A DNA stretch of 64,000 bases from Eledone cirrhosa (GCA_964016885.1 OZ024750.1:33170001-33234000); one strand, 5' to 3'. Shown: positions 1-14,659, numbered from the stretch's first letter. Notes: generated by a model not told the origin, from the sequence alone. Numbers and translations are program-made.

Positions 1-40
1 ATTTTACACAAATATATATACATATGTATATATATATATA

Positions 41-200
41 ACAACTTCACTATTCACAAGTGCTTTTTTAAGCTTCATATCATGTATCCCTATTTTATCT
101 GATGAAAACGCAGATATAATCCCATGATGATATTTGTTTTTGAAAGGCGCATAATAAAATACTTGGAACTCTTTTAACCATCTTTTGATCTTATATTATA
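41..200 (+). mobile_element. PLE-terminal (pLTR-like) mini-element, family A, between (TA)n tracts
   Basis: Homologous by eye to 45049-45200 and to the arms of 56171-56490. Contains a hammerhead core and ends at TCTTATATTA followed by (TA)n. Confidence 0.7.
91..161 (+). ncRNA. Minimal type-I hammerhead ribozyme, family A (degenerate stem III)
   Basis: TATTTTAT-CTGATGA-stem II-GAAA-GGCGCA-TA-ATAAAATA. Stem I strands are complementary. T>G change relative to the TGCGCA palindrome in sister copies. Confidence 0.65.
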
Positions 201-210
201 TATATATATA

Positions 211-1019
<809 letters not shown>

Positions 1020-1964
1020 CTAGCAGTAAAGCCCGGCGTTGCTCGGGGTCGCTCAGTAGCTGTGTTAAAGTTACAATGTTAAGTTTCTTTCTTGGCTTAA
1101 AAACTGTAGTGTCTACTGTGCAGACTTGCATGTGGTGTTTTTGATTAATATTCCCTCAACCAACAATATGCCTTATGAAGTTAAGAAAACATAACGATAA
1201 CCCGAATGTTATAACAAAAGAGGATGCTGGGGATAGAAACTGCACTGGTTATTTATTAACAAAGATCGAAAATGTAAACACTGCAACGCAGAGAAAAACA
1301 TTAGCGTAACCAAATTATCAGTTATGTCTGTCTGCACGCCTATATCACCTCTCTGCACGACTGTCTGTCTGCACGCCTATATCACCTCTCTGCACGACTG
1401 TCAGTCTGCACGCCTATATCACCTCTCTGCACGACTGTCTGTCTGCACGCCTATATCACCTCTCTGCACGACTATCTGTCTGCACGCGTATATCACCTCT
1501 CTGCACGACTGTCTGTCTGCACGACTGTCTGTCTGCACGCCTAACGACGAAATATTTGCTTGTTTTACGTAGTCTTTAAATAGACTTGTTTTCAAGTAAA
1601 AATATTGTTTTAAAATGCTTTTAAATGGAAATGAAGCAAAACGGAAGCTTAGTGTTCGAACGTGTATTGTGTTAATGTCATTTTAAACGCTGAGAAAGCC
1701 AGCGTAATTTTTTATGTAAGACGCTCAATGTAAACAGAACAAAGGGAAATAACTGATAACTTACGCTCAAAAATCGATACATTATATTCGATTTCGTCAC
1801 ATAGGGTGGGTCAATTTGAAATCTTTTTTTCCGATGTCTTCGCTAGGGCTCAATGTACAAGTATAGCAATTTCGGTGCAATTCCGTGAGAGATTCTAAGA
1901 GGAGATGTGTGCCAAAAATCGATAGACAGACAGACAACCACAGTTTTATATATATATAGATAGA
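1020..1964 (-). mobile_element. Non-autonomous Helitron inserted into the PLE ORF
   Basis: On the minus strand it starts TC(TATC)TATATATATAAAACTG..GTCTGTCTG and ends with the GC hairpin CCCGAGCAACGCCGGG followed by CTAG. It sits between A and T with no TSD. Removing it rejoins the PLE frame (..IEY/MDNNLNY..). Confidence 0.8.
1325..1545. repeat. 37-bp minisatellite inside the Helitron (~5-6 units)
   Basis: Unit CTGTCTGTCTGCACGCCTATATCACCTCTCTGCACGA. Confidence 0.9.
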
Positions 1965-2326
1965 TATGGATAATAATTTGAATTATAATCCTAATAAGAT
2001 TAACATGTATAAACGAGATTCTAAAGATTATAATACAAACACCACTACCGGGAATAAATCGGGAAAAAAATCAGAACTAAATCAGTTATATGGACATTAA
2101 AATACAAAAACTTAAATACTCGATTTCTTGGGCGAAACTGTGCAATAGTAGAATTTATTTAAATTCTTCAATATCACCTAACTGCAACCTCTGTACCATG
2201 GAGACCCTTTTAATAATTACTAATTATGAACATGTAATTAACAAAAAGAGTGAATTATTCTCAAACTGCCTTCATAAAGCTTTGCCTACATTCCAAGCCT
2301 CGCAAAAAGTCAGGAAAAAAGACTAA
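1965..2326 (+). pseudogene. PLE C-terminal fragment (end of the GIY-YIG endonuclease region, Naiad-like)
   Basis: ORF 2090-2326 reads YSISWAKL..CNLCTMETLLII..INKKSELFSNCLHK, resembling the WxIL..CxLCxxEK..LNKRSEL..CRH C-terminus of this PLE group. The GIY-YIG motif itself is not visible (probably deleted). Confidence 0.75.
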
Positions 2327-2892
2327 ATAAACAAGTTCTAATGTTTGACTCTCTTATCAACTGTGTACCTAAAACAGATTATAAAACTTTAATAATTTTT
2401 TTATTTTTTATTCTTTTATGATATGATTAATGTTAGATTAAAGGGTCCTGTATAGGTATATAAACACATATTTTGATAACATGATCTCTTGAGGAATGTA
2501 CATATTTTTTCATTGTTAAGATATATTTAATTTTGACTGGGATTTTTGTATATTTTTTAATTATATGGCTTATATGCTTAACAGTTATAATGTACCGTAA
2601 ATCATTCATGCATTTCTGTTTTAGTATATTTATTCATTTGGAGTATGTTTTACGATTCAGGAAGTTTGATTTATATATTTTTATTTATATCTATTTACGG
2701 TCTATGCGTCACACACCATACTAGTCGACAAACGTTTTCCACTTAACTTGATGTAAAACTTCAATTATAACATTACTAACAATGATTGTACTAATTATTT
2801 ATTATATGTATATCGATCATTAATATTTGGAATACTCTATTTATATTTGAACAAATCTGTATATCTAGTGTAATAACAAGCTTCTAATTACA

Positions 2893-3090
2893 TTTATAAG
2901 TACTTTAAATACTTTAATGACTTTCTAGTGTTTTAATCGTTAAGTATGTTCTAAATATTTTCTAAATTTTCTAAGTTATATAACGATTAGTTTTGATAAG
3001 TACTTTAGGTACTTTAATGATTTTCTAGTGTTATAATCGTTAAGTATGTTCTAAATATTTTCTAAATTTTCTAAGTTATATAACGATTAT
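2893..3090. repeat. ~100-bp tandem duplication
   Basis: ATAAGTACTTTA..TAAGTTATATAACGATTA occurs twice with few mismatches. Confidence 0.85.
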
Positions 3091-4371
3091 TATTTAATTT
3101 AATTTAATTAAATTTGGGTTACCTTCGGGGCAATGAAATCCTGAGGCTTTCTCTTTCTCATGTTTGCAGACATATTATACTACTATATAAATTTATAAAA
3201 AAATTTAAGATCGCAGACAATTCATTTGTTTTACTTTGAATCAGATTTTTATCCGTATGATTCACGAAGTTTAACTTGTATATTTATAGTATATATGTGT
3301 TACATGACCTTATTATAATAATTGATCTAAAACCTTAATTTTTAACAATATTATCAGTAACTTAATTATTGTATTATATTATGTTAAATTTAATCTTAAT
3401 CTTAAGACAATAAAATCTTTCTTTATATTTAGACCAATGCATATATCTAATTTAATAATAAACATTTTAAAGTTTAATTATAAGGCCTGTTGATGCTTTA
3501 AGGCATTCTAATTGTTAATCTTAATTTTCAAAATTATAACTAATTATTTTATAAATTATATAATGCGAATTATCTTCAATATAATATAAATAATTAAATA
3601 TATTATAATAAAATTAATAAGAATGACCTCGTGAAGATGAAAATATTATGTCTTCTTTCTCATGTTTTGCAAATAGTTTAAATATGAATTCATAAAAGAT
3701 GATTTTATAAATTAAATATGATAGTATACTTTAATATTACTACAGATATTTATAAACTTTTATCGCCTAAAATATTATACACTTTGATTAATTGATTACC
3801 CTGAACTAACTTAAATGATTTGAAAGTTAACGGTCAACCAGATACGTTTGGATAGTATATATAACTAATTAACTAAGGAAATTAACCTTTATTAATTACA
3901 CCCAGTTATATTTAGGATTTAGATTGATGAATACTTCTAGATAATTCAATAATTCAAAGATTCGAGTTTACTCTATCGCATAGCTATGCCCAAATGTATA
4001 GTTATGTATAGATATATATAATTCATCCCTCCCTATAATTTATTCCTCTTTGTCTCTCTTTCTTTGATCAATTCTCTGTTGCTCTCTATACCTCTACTAG
4101 CTATATTTTCCTCTCATCTGTTTTTTCTCTCTGTCTTTCTTTTTTTCTTTCCCCTTTCTTCAATAATTATTTGAATCTCTAACAGTTATGTAAATTGCTG
4201 TTATGTATTTTTAAGCTTTCTTACACGCACCCTCTGTATTATATGTATTATAAGTAAGTTTTTTCCTGTCTCAATCTTAAGGTATATAAATATTGAGTTT
4301 TATCATATCTTATTCACTACCATGACTGGATCTTAACCATCTACTATATCAGGGTATGTCATGCATCATCT

Positions 4372-4438
4372 TGTTTTATCTGACGAGGACGTACTGTTGA
4401 AGTTAGCTCAGTACCTCTGAAATATGAATAATAAAATA
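4372..4438 (+). ncRNA. Minimal type-I hammerhead ribozyme at the presumed PLE 3' end
   Basis: TGTTTTAT-CTGACGA-G..GTACTG/loop/CAGTAC..-GAAA-TATGAA-TA-ATAAAATA. Followed by the bulged hairpin (4492-4517) and then (TA)n at ~4580. Confidence 0.65.
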
Positions 4439-4576
4439 TACTTGATCACAAGAAGTTCTATTTTTGTTAATATTTTGAATTAATATTAATAATTCCAGAA
4501 AACCATTACTGTTGAGTGCTTCCAATCTATTGTAAAACTAATTCTTTGATTTATTCATTGAACCTTGTTTAACTTT

Positions 4577-4642
<66 letters not shown>

Positions 4643-4938
4643 AACACATATATATATATATATAAACATACATATATGCACTAGTATATATGCATATACG
4701 TATTTCTAGAATATTCACATGCTTAAAACTATATATTGTAGGGATTTAATATGGTATATGATCATCATTGCTGCTTGAAAATCACTTGTATTTATTCAAC
4801 TTAATTTGTATCTATTGACAAGATATAAGACGAATGTTTGCACGGAAACTGAACTAAATTGCCTCGAATAAATCTCTTGTAAGGATGGTAAGGATATTAC
4901 CAGTAAATTATTTAACGTAACTGAATTACGTTGTATAA

Positions 4939-5720
4939 CTAGACAGCCTTGCTGTCACCGAATCTGCTGAAATTGGCAATGAACCAAGAGAATAGAAGAA
5001 GGCATTATCAAAGCACCCATGCAGGGATGTAGGGGGTGTATTGAGGAAATCATGGTTGGATAACCACAAAGGAATATTGGAAGCAGCAGAAAAGTGTTTA
5101 ATTTAGAACTTATGTTATGCCAGGCACCGCTCAAGAAGGCATCTAATGCTTTTCTAAATATCCAATATAAACTTATTCAGAATTCGCTTCGATAAATTAT
5201 AGAAATAAAATATAAAATATAAAAGACAGCGAACGGATTAATGAGTAATTGTGTATCCATTAGCATTTGTTTATCAAATCTTCGATATTTCTTAAATCTA
5301 AAATCTCCCCTATCAAAATATTTTTACGCACATTTCCGTACATTCAAATCCTTAAATATTTTGAGGAATAAGTTTGTGCCGAAGATGCTCAGTCAAGCAT
5401 AAACCGCATATTCTCTTCCCTCCCATTAGAACTCTCTAGTGGGGCTTTAATCCTAACATCCATAACAACGATGTCGAACTGCCGAGCTGCCAAAATAACA
5501 ACTTTCCTGCGAAACGCGCGCATTCGACAGATGAAAATTTTGCAAATTTAACAAAAGTTTTTATCAATACATCAATCGAACGTAACGATAGGTTCAAGTC
5601 TGCACACAACTTACAGGCATTGGCAAATCACATGAGATTTCCGTTACCAAGTTTTAAATATCTGTTGGGTGAATTTCAGGAGGTGTGACGTATCGAACTG
5701 CCATTTGAGTTTCAATATAC
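4939..5720 (-). mobile_element. Possible degenerate non-autonomous Helitron
   Basis: A-CTAG at the left end. The right end resembles the 5' region of the 1020-1964 element (CCAAGTTTT..AGGAGG..GAGTTTCAATATA). The terminal hairpin is weak. Confidence 0.35.
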
Positions 5721-5732
5721 ATGTGTATATAA

Positions 5733-5805
<73 letters not shown>

Positions 5806-5818
5806 TATATATATATGT

Positions 5819-6040
5819 AAGATTTCTTTGCAAGAGGTCTTATCTGAAAAAGTGTGTTGAAACGGATATTGTTAAAATTTGGAAGGATCAGGCTTCCAAT
5901 AAGAAGACACGCACCTGTTGGTTTTCACTTGAGTTTATTATAAATTTCCGGTTGGTTGGTTCGATAACCGGATGTTTGTTTATGCATTGTCAAATGTCTT
6001 TCGTCACACATTCTGTGACTTCCTCAGTGACTAAGCTTTT
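5819..6040 (-). mobile_element. pLTR-like mini-element, family C
   Basis: Reverse-complement homologue of 45379-45630, adjacent to (TA)n. Confidence 0.7.
5989..6031 (-). ncRNA. Minimal type-I hammerhead ribozyme, family C
   Basis: Minus strand GTCA-CTGAGGA-A-GTCACA/GAATG/TGTGAC-GAAA-GACA-TT-TGAC. Confidence 0.65.
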
Positions 6041-7249
6041 ATTTTGTGTCTCTCCTTTTTTCTGTCCTACACCATCTTATTTTTGTGTGTTGTGTGCTTA
6101 TTGTACGCATGCGTTAGATCTGTGTGCGTGTAATTGTTTTTATTTATTTATTCATGTGTTTAATTACTTGTCGTTAGTTGATTGTTTGTTCTATCTGTGT
6201 GTGTCTGATTTGTTTTGTTAGTTTTGTTTCTGTGTATGGATATAATGTTTTATCTCTATGTTCTCTAATGTGCCCCAATGTTCTATTTTGGCATGTTGGA
6301 GGAGTACTGATGAGGTTTTCACATCATGGGATTCTCGCCAGTGTTCACTTATCCTGTTTCCTATGTTACGGGCTGTTTCACCTATGTATGTTGGTCATAC
6401 TTGTTCCTATTACCCTAAGTATTGAGTACTTTGGTGCGTTATGGTCCATCTGGTTCCTTACCACAATTCTTTCGTTATATCGTTATATATATATATATAT
6501 ATATATATGCGTGAGGACACAGAAATAGTTGGGCTGGATACCTGATTGTGCGGTTAAACCACTGGGAGTGAAGGACCCCTAGCCTTTGTCAGGGCATTCT
6601 TCTAGGAGAAGGCAACACAGGAAACTGGGATAACTCCGCCATAAAACCTGCGGCTCAGTAGTTACCGATGATGTTGATATTTTCTTCTTTTCTGGTTATA
6701 GCTACTGTCGCTCAGAGAGTGGGATTGGTTCAGTGCACAGTCTTTCCTCACTTTAAAAACAATCTTCACGCACAGATATTGTACGATAGAATTAATTGAT
6801 AATTATTGATAATGTTATATCGTGCAATAGCCATAGTCGTTAACGACGGGGCAGCCATCATATATGTGGAATATAAAGAGTGCCTAAATTCAGAATTTAC
6901 TGAGACGTTGGTTGCTCGACAGTTTGAAGATGTCATCGTAACGATGCACATGAAAGAGGAAACGATATCATAGAGACAATGATAAAGACTGGAGTGTTTA
7001 TTGACAACACCAAACAAATAGATAAAATCTGTTGTAGTTTTCTTCCAGCTTTCTAAATCATCTGTCATTCAATTAACTTTTAGAGAAATACATAAGTTTG
7101 TTGAGATAAGTAACAGCCAATTGACTCCCGTTGTATATAACTGGTACACATCTGTCAACTGTAGAGGAATTACAGTCATGTGAATGTTCAACATAGAAGG
7201 TGATAGAAATCTATTTAAATATTGCAAGGTCCTGTTACTGATTCTGGCA

Positions 7250-7334
7250 TCAACTACTACTCTACTACTACTACTAATACTAATACTACTACTATTACTA
7301 CTACGACTAGTATTACCACTACTACTAATACTAG

Positions 7335-7372
<38 letters not shown>

Positions 7373-7389
7373 TAAGTAGTAGTAGCAGG

Positions 7390-7436
<47 letters not shown>

Positions 7437-7445
7437 TAGTAGTAT
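7250..7445. repeat. Compound trinucleotide repeat (ACT)n / (AGT,AGC)n
   Basis: Direct inspection. Confidence 0.95.
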
Positions 7446-8273
7446 TGCAGATTGTAATCAACCACCATTTTAAGCTTCAGAGATATACCAAATTCCGCCA
7501 ACTCTGGGAACCTTCTCATGTGCATGTTTTGCTTCTCACAGCCAAAGCTAATTCCTTTTCTACAAACTACCTCATCGTATTTCTTCTATTTCTAATAAAG
7601 CTCTTCAACCAGAAACAACTATATGTAGGAATTATAGGAAATATTATTATAAGGATGTGGTTTATAAAGTTTTAATGACTAACCTCACACCTGCCTCGTG
7701 TTTCCAACTATTGGAAGCATTCAGTTCGCTCTAATCTTCAAATATTATAGGTGTTTGTATTAACTTGTTATTTACACATACTTTGACCCTAATGAAAATA
7801 AACTGTTGATCAGTTTGCTCTAAATTAATCTTTAACAACTATATTCATCCATTGCTACATTATCTTCAAATGTTTTCGTCGTTGAAATCAATGAAATGTT
7901 ATTATCTAGCAACCTGTTACTTCCCTGTTTGTAAACACATATATCTTTAAGATAATATTAGTATATGTTTAATTAATGAACAAACATTAATAGCTGTAGC
8001 TCTGCCATTAAGATTATATTTATTTAAAGGTAAGAATGCACATTTGCTGTGTCCTGTCTTCGTTGATAAAAGCACAGGTGTAAGTTGCCATGCAATTCTA
8101 ACAACAGTGTAATCACTTCATAATGGAAACATTCCCTATAAATACTGCTCGTCAGGAAATGTGAATATAATGTTAGAGCGTTGATTTTTTTGTTTTGCTG
8201 AGCAGTGCAACTATGACCAGTTAATAACATGATTGGACTAGTTGATTCCTTCAATAATCCTTTCTTCTTCTTC

Positions 8274-8306
<33 letters not shown>

Positions 8307-8444
8307 TAATTCTCTTTTCTTCTTCTTCTCTTTTCTTCTTCTTTTTCTTCTTCTTTTTCTTTTTCTTTTTCTTCTTTCTCTTCTTTTTTCTTTTTCTTTT
8401 TTCTTTTCTTTTTCTTTTTTCTTTTTCTTTTTTCTTCTTCTTAA

Positions 8445-8665
8445 TCGCCCACTTATGGTCGTGGGTACAGAGCCCTCAAACACTCCTTCCAGCGGGTCCT
8501 CTCAGAAGCAACCATATCCAACACAGTTCTGGCTGGATCCCCAAGTGAGATTAGCTAAGCTCATGGATGTAATCCAACCACCTTGTTCTGGATCTCATGT
8601 AAGTTGGTTTTGCCCGTAAAATCTGCTCAGCGAATCTGTCCTGAGACTATCTAACCACAGGCCCA
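8445..8665 (-). mobile_element. RTE-clade LINE 3' fragment with (AAG)-rich tail
   Basis: Reverse-complement similarity to 17330-17550 and 28690-28920 (GTGGTTAGA..GGACAAAACCAAC..GGTTGGAT..CATGAGCTT). The (CTT/T)-rich tract at 8260-8442 is the tail. Confidence 0.65.
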
Positions 8666-8729
8666 TAGTATAATTTTTTTTACCTTCTCTATGAAATTAC
8701 TATGGAATCTAGGATGATATGTATGCATT

Positions 8730-8915
8730 TGGATTGGCAGTATCGGTAGAGGGTCGGACGCCATGCTTTGACGCATAGAGTTACGGTCCTTGCTATTCTG
8801 AGTTCAAATCCCACCGAGGTTAACTTTGCCTTTCATCCTTACGGGGTCGATAAAATAAAGTACCAGTAATGCACTGGGTATTTGCTGGCCTTGTGCCAAA
8901 AGTAGAAACAATTAT
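8730..8915 (+). mobile_element. tRNA-derived SINE, family 1 (octopus-type)
   Basis: A box TGGCAGTATCGG, B box GTTCAAATCCC, core CTTTGCCTTTCATCCTTACGGGGTCGATAAAATAAAGTACCAG, tail GGCCTTGTGCCAAAAGTAGAAACAATTAT. Confidence 0.9.
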
Positions 8916-11148
8916 ATTAAAAATAAATTTACTTCAATTGTCAGCAATTTTTCAAGAATCCTTGTTTTCGACATCGCAACATACAAAAGTAATTAAAATT
9001 AATTTCATTAAATTTTACAGGCCATTCTTTAGATTAATAATAATTCACTCTGACTATAATGGAGTTGTGTACATACATGTAGCCAAAACTCAAATAACCT
9101 AACGGATTAATCATATGTATATAATTTTTTTTTAATTCCTTATTCAATATATTTTTATAAAGGCATAACAATTATGACCCTTTTCGATATAGCTATAAAC
9201 CTTTTTTTATATAAAACCATATAAAAGACGATATATGTTACAATATACGAACTGTTCTTTCTTTTCTTATCATATATTTCACTAGCCGTGTATAGAATTA
9301 AAGCATTAAAAGTTGAATAAAAGAAGAAAGTATCATTCACTATTTATAAAGAAGATAATATAAAGGTTCCTAGGAATGGAATGAAGTACTTTATTATTGA
9401 GAATGCTCTAATCAGGTTAGGGAGTCCATCGAGAAGGATTATAAAACAACTATCATGACGGCCTCTAGAGGGACACTTTATGCAAAGGCATTTTTTTTTT
9501 ATTTCATTCACAAATTTTGAAATATTGTTTTAATATTACTAACAACGGTAGATTATTACCAGAAAATGGCTGACACTGGGGATGTCATCTAGAAATATGT
9601 CTGAAATACAGTTTCGATACAGCAGACTTGAAATTATATTCTGTGATGTTTGAGGAAAACTATTATATTAATTAGCAGAAAAACCACACTTCCGGTGGTT
9701 TTCTTCTAGCATGTGTAGTGTGCATATTGATATTATACGCAAATATACATACATGTAGATATGATATGTCAAATAAAATCGTAATTGAGAATATGCACAG
9801 AAATTGAAGAGAGACTGTGTTACACGCTCTTCTGTAATCAGTAAAGTAATCCATGATACATTAAAAAAAGATGATATTATATATAAACTGCATTACGGTA
9901 AAATGAAATCATTATTATTATTATTACCTTATCACGCAGTGTAGATAGAAAATGCACAGGATTATTTAGTCATCTGTCAAGACACAACAAGGACGTCAGA
10001 CCTTAAAATGTGTGCAATACCTAGCAAGGCTGATTTTTATACTTGCAGAGTATTCCCAACCACTTTAAGTGGTCTCGGATTTATTATTATTATTATTATT
10101 ATTAGTGCTGTTGTTGCTGTTGTTGTTAAAATTGAATTGCATTTTGTTTTTTGTTCTGTTTTGTTTTTGTTTTTTTTTTATTTTTCGTTTTCAAATATTT
10201 TCCTTCAAGCTACATTTTAATAATATAGAAATCAATACGATCTATTGCGTTTTGAAACTCGATTGCTATCGTGGTTATTGGTTTTGAAAAGTGAATTTCT
10301 TTCAGCTCTTTGGTAGAAAATAGCTGACTGGTTGTTTTGCATAAACGGTGAATGAAGTTAAGCTGATTTCAAAAATAATAAAACAAGACTTTGGTAGTAT
10401 TTTGGCTTTGTTATTTCATGTGTTTGTTTTATATATATATGTGTGGGTTTTTTTTTGCTTGTTTTTTTTTTGTTTATTTATTAATTTTTTTTTTGTTTTT
10501 TGCTGAATATCAATATTGATCGTTTAAATCCGAAACAACATTTCTCGAGGATAAAAGTTAGTTCGGTCGTTTGTCTACAGAGAGAAGAACTACGGTTTTA
10601 ATGAGATGTTTCACGATAAATCTTGATTATGAATTATTCAAATATTTTTCATCACAAATGTCTTTGTTTCTATATAATATAACTTAATAATTCACCTATA
10701 ACCATTTTCTTCAAAATATTCCGTTTAACGTATAATCATACTATAAAGGAATTTGCTATTATGTCTGAATCTCTCTGTCATGTTTTATTAGATATTTATC
10801 CGTTTCTCATTTTATTATATATATTTCTTCGCGGCATTAGTCACTTGTTGTGAAATATCTCGTTATGTTGCTGTATACTAGCTTGTTATCTATAGCAGTG
10901 TAATAATACGACCACATGATAGTCTAACTTTTCAACTCTCTTGTGTAAACTACAAACAATACTTATTGGTTTTTCAGAATCACAACATTACAAAACAATA
11001 TGATTGGCTGTTTTCGATTTTATAATTTTACTATTTGAATCCTTCTCAAGAGATATTTATGGGTAATTAGGTTATATTTTTGTAATGTAACTGGCAAGCA
11101 TTGAATAAACATAAATACTAATACCAGCATCACCCCTTCTTACAATCG

Positions 11149-11780
<632 letters not shown>

Positions 11781-11837
11781 TTGAAACAAAATGAAAACGA
11801 AATTTCATTTCTCACTCTTAGTATGGCACTTACTTAA

Positions 11838-12230
11838 ATGTAAGTATGCATGTATACGTACATACATATATGTATACAGACGTACAGTAGCATGCACATA
11901 TATTTTCATAAGGAAAGTATATACTTTCGAACGTTCAACTATCTGGCAGATGGGTAAACGGTGCTGATGATAGCTAACAAGCTTGAAACTAGTACATCGT
12001 TCCTGTGTCAGTGTTGAACAAAAAGGTGACGTGGTTGCCTTAACACCGTATGGCATAAATTCAGGCTGTTCAGTTTGTTTACAAACGAACAAAGCGACGT
12101 TAGCGCCGCTAAACTGATACGTGCATATATGTATGTGTACCTGTATGCATATGTATATATATATATATATGTGCATGCTACTGTACGTCTGTATACATAT
12201 ATGTATGTACGTATACATGCATACTTACAT
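11838..12230. repeat. ~63-bp perfect inverted repeats (11838-11900 / 12168-12230) enclosing a hammerhead-bearing segment
   Basis: ATGTAAGTATGCATGTATACG..GTAGCATGCACATA versus its exact reverse complement. Confidence 0.85.
11957..12001 (+). ncRNA. Minimal type-I hammerhead ribozyme (family H)
   Basis: AACGGTG-CTGATGA-T-AGCT/AACA/AGCT-T-GAAA-CTAG-TA-CATCGTT. 7-bp stem I, palindromic ACTAGT stem III, GUA cleavage triplet. Confidence 0.8.
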
Positions 12231-12239
12231 ATATATGTA

Positions 12240-12301
<62 letters not shown>

Positions 12302-12495
12302 TGTATATATGTTTTATATGCGTGTGTGTGTGTATGAGGCTGGATGTGTATGATGTGAGTGTAAATGTTATACGTTTGCTAGGTTTCGGCCAATATTAGC
12401 CCAGGGTATGTCTAACTTAAGATGACATGCAAGTATGTACATATGTATGTATATATGTAAGTATGTATGTATTGTTAGTGCGTTAAAGGGTTTAG

Positions 12496-12558
<63 letters not shown>

Positions 12559-12559
12559 T

Positions 12560-12782
12560 TATTAAAATAACAGATTAAAGTTTAAGCAAAGAATCGCTGC
12601 TTTCACCATTAACGGGATCTTCCCGTTAAGGGTGAAAGCAGCGATTCTTTGCTTAAAGTTTAATCTGTTATTTTAAGAAATATTTGCTCTACGGTTCTTA
12701 TATATTTGATATATTTTTATCCTTATCGAGCCCTGTTTGGATTTTAGTCTTCAAATTTATTATTATTACTATTATTATTACT
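12560..12782 (+). mobile_element. Palindromic mini-element, family F, with 3' extension
   Basis: Arms ~12562-12616 and 12622-12676, then an extension with the bulged hairpin 12686-12731. Flanked by (TA)n. Related pieces at 14850-14940, 23010-23080, 23165-23240 and 62580-62715. Confidence 0.75.
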
Positions 12783-12845
12783 ATATATATATATATATAT
12801 TTCGTTTCTGAATGATTGGCAACATGACCCTCCCAAAGCATAACA

Positions 12846-12888
<43 letters not shown>

Positions 12889-13050
12889 ATAAAAAACGAA
12901 GAATCAGTGGTGCGACGACTAAGATTTATTAGACATATTACAATCGTTTCTCTGGCGACCAGCTCGAGGCACGATCGATGCAATGATCAAATCTGACTCT
13001 GATCACAAGATCCTCGGTTATGTCTCGATTCTACGAAACAGAGTTTCCAA

Positions 13051-13164
<114 letters not shown>

Positions 13165-13324
13165 GTTTGTATGTATGTATGTATACATTTTTGTTAAATA
13201 TCATCTTGGTTAAGAGAGTGGGACTGGCTTTCTGCAGTGCCTTTGCTCACTATAAAAGCTTCACGGCACATGCATTGCTTTATATCTGGAGATCTCTCTG
13301 CACTTGTCATCACATGGTACCATG

Positions 13325-13495
13325 GGTCCAGCACTATGTGTCAATAATTGTCACAAGTGTAGTGTGTGTTTGTACCAGAGTTTTCAAGTCGCTGGCTGGA
13401 CTAAAAAGTCACACTCGTTCAGGGCATCGGTAGGAGTTCTCCTACATGGATATAAAGTAGTGGCCGTACTCGAAAACGAGTTGGCAGCCACCATG
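13325..13495 (+). mobile_element. RTE-like LINE 3' end (C2H2 zinc-finger remnant)
   Basis: HKCSVC/..[14 protein letters not shown] across a frameshift. Similar to the end of 54230-54770. Confidence 0.55.
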
Positions 13496-13769
13496 TATAC
13501 ATGTATATGTATGTATATAAAATATAGATATATATTTAATTATCTGCGATAAAATAAACCCAATATTGTTGGTTGTATATTGTACTGATAAACAATATTC
13601 TCTTCGATTTTTATTACAATGTCGTTCGTATTTAAATATTTTTATGGGAATATTGAATCTACAGAAGTATTTGACGGGTACTTAATTTTGTCTAAGAGGG
13701 AAAATGAAAGACAACATTGCTTATGATATGATATAGAATCAGAATACAAGTCGTAATATAAAGGGCGCA

Positions 13770-14385
13770 ATAATAGACATGTTATATAGCTCACTTCGAG
13801 TGGTACCAGGTTCAATATCCCTATATTCCTATATACCTAGATTCCTATACACCTATAGCCCTATATACCTATAACCCTATATACCTATAGACATGTTGTT
13901 ATATAGCTCATTTCGAGTGTTACCAGGTTCAATATCCCTATATTCCTATATACCTAGAGCTATTTATACCTATATTCCTATGTACCTAGATTCCTATAGA
14001 CCTATAGACCTATGTACCTATAACCCTATATACCTATAGACATGTTGTTATATAGCTCACTTCGAGTGGTACCAGGTTCAATATCCCTATATTCCTATAT
14101 ACCTACAGCTATTTATACCTATATACCTATATTTCTCTCTCTCTCTCTATATATATATATAGCCTTAAATACCTATATTCCTATGTACCTAGATTCCTAT
14201 ACACCTATAGCCCTATCTACCTATATTCCTATTGCTCTATATACATATAACCCTATATTCCTATATTACTATATACCTATATACCTATATACATATATTC
14301 CTATATATCTATATTCCTATAGCACTATATACATATATTCCTATATACCTATATACATATATTTCTATATACTTATATACCCTGG
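13770..14385. repeat. Three ~115-150-bp tandem units (ACATGTT..TATAGCTCACTTCGAGTGGTACCAGGTTCAATATCC) plus an 8-bp (TATACCTA/TATTCCTA)n tract
   Basis: Unit heads at ~13776, ~13890 and ~14039. Confidence 0.85.
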
Positions 14386-14495
14386 GCAAAGATGTGTTTT
14401 TTACTATTGCTTTGGATTGGCCAATACATTGGGAATGATATATAGTAAAAAGAAACTAGCATGGATGCCTCTTGTATATATATATTATATATATA

Positions 14496-14553
14496 TTTTT
14501 TTTTTAAATTTAGAAAGGCTTCTACAGAACTAGAACTATTTCATTCCGGAGCA

Positions 14554-14601
<48 letters not shown>

Positions 14602-14659
14602 TGCTCCGGAATGAAATAGTTCTAGTTCTGTAGAAGCCTTTCTAAATTTAAAAAAAAAA
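14496..14659. repeat. ~60-bp perfect inverted repeat with a (TA)n spacer (family D pLTR fragment)
   Basis: TTTTTAAATTTAGAAAGGCTTCTACAGAACTAG..GCAATCA-(TA)n-TGATTGC..AAATTTAAAAA. Related to 42405-42500. Confidence 0.85.

Noticed and set aside
6300-6360. CTGATGA at ~6307 as a hammerhead
   Set aside because: No downstream GAAA..UH or stem I partner was found.
8730-8915. tRNA genes at SINE heads
   Set aside because: A and B boxes are present but there is no cloverleaf, and each head continues into a shared SINE body and tail.
12600-12650. Complete hammerhead in family F
   Set aside because: Only GAAGA-TCCC/GTTAA/GGGT-GAAA remnants are visible. The CUGA start and stem I could not be demonstrated in any of the copies.
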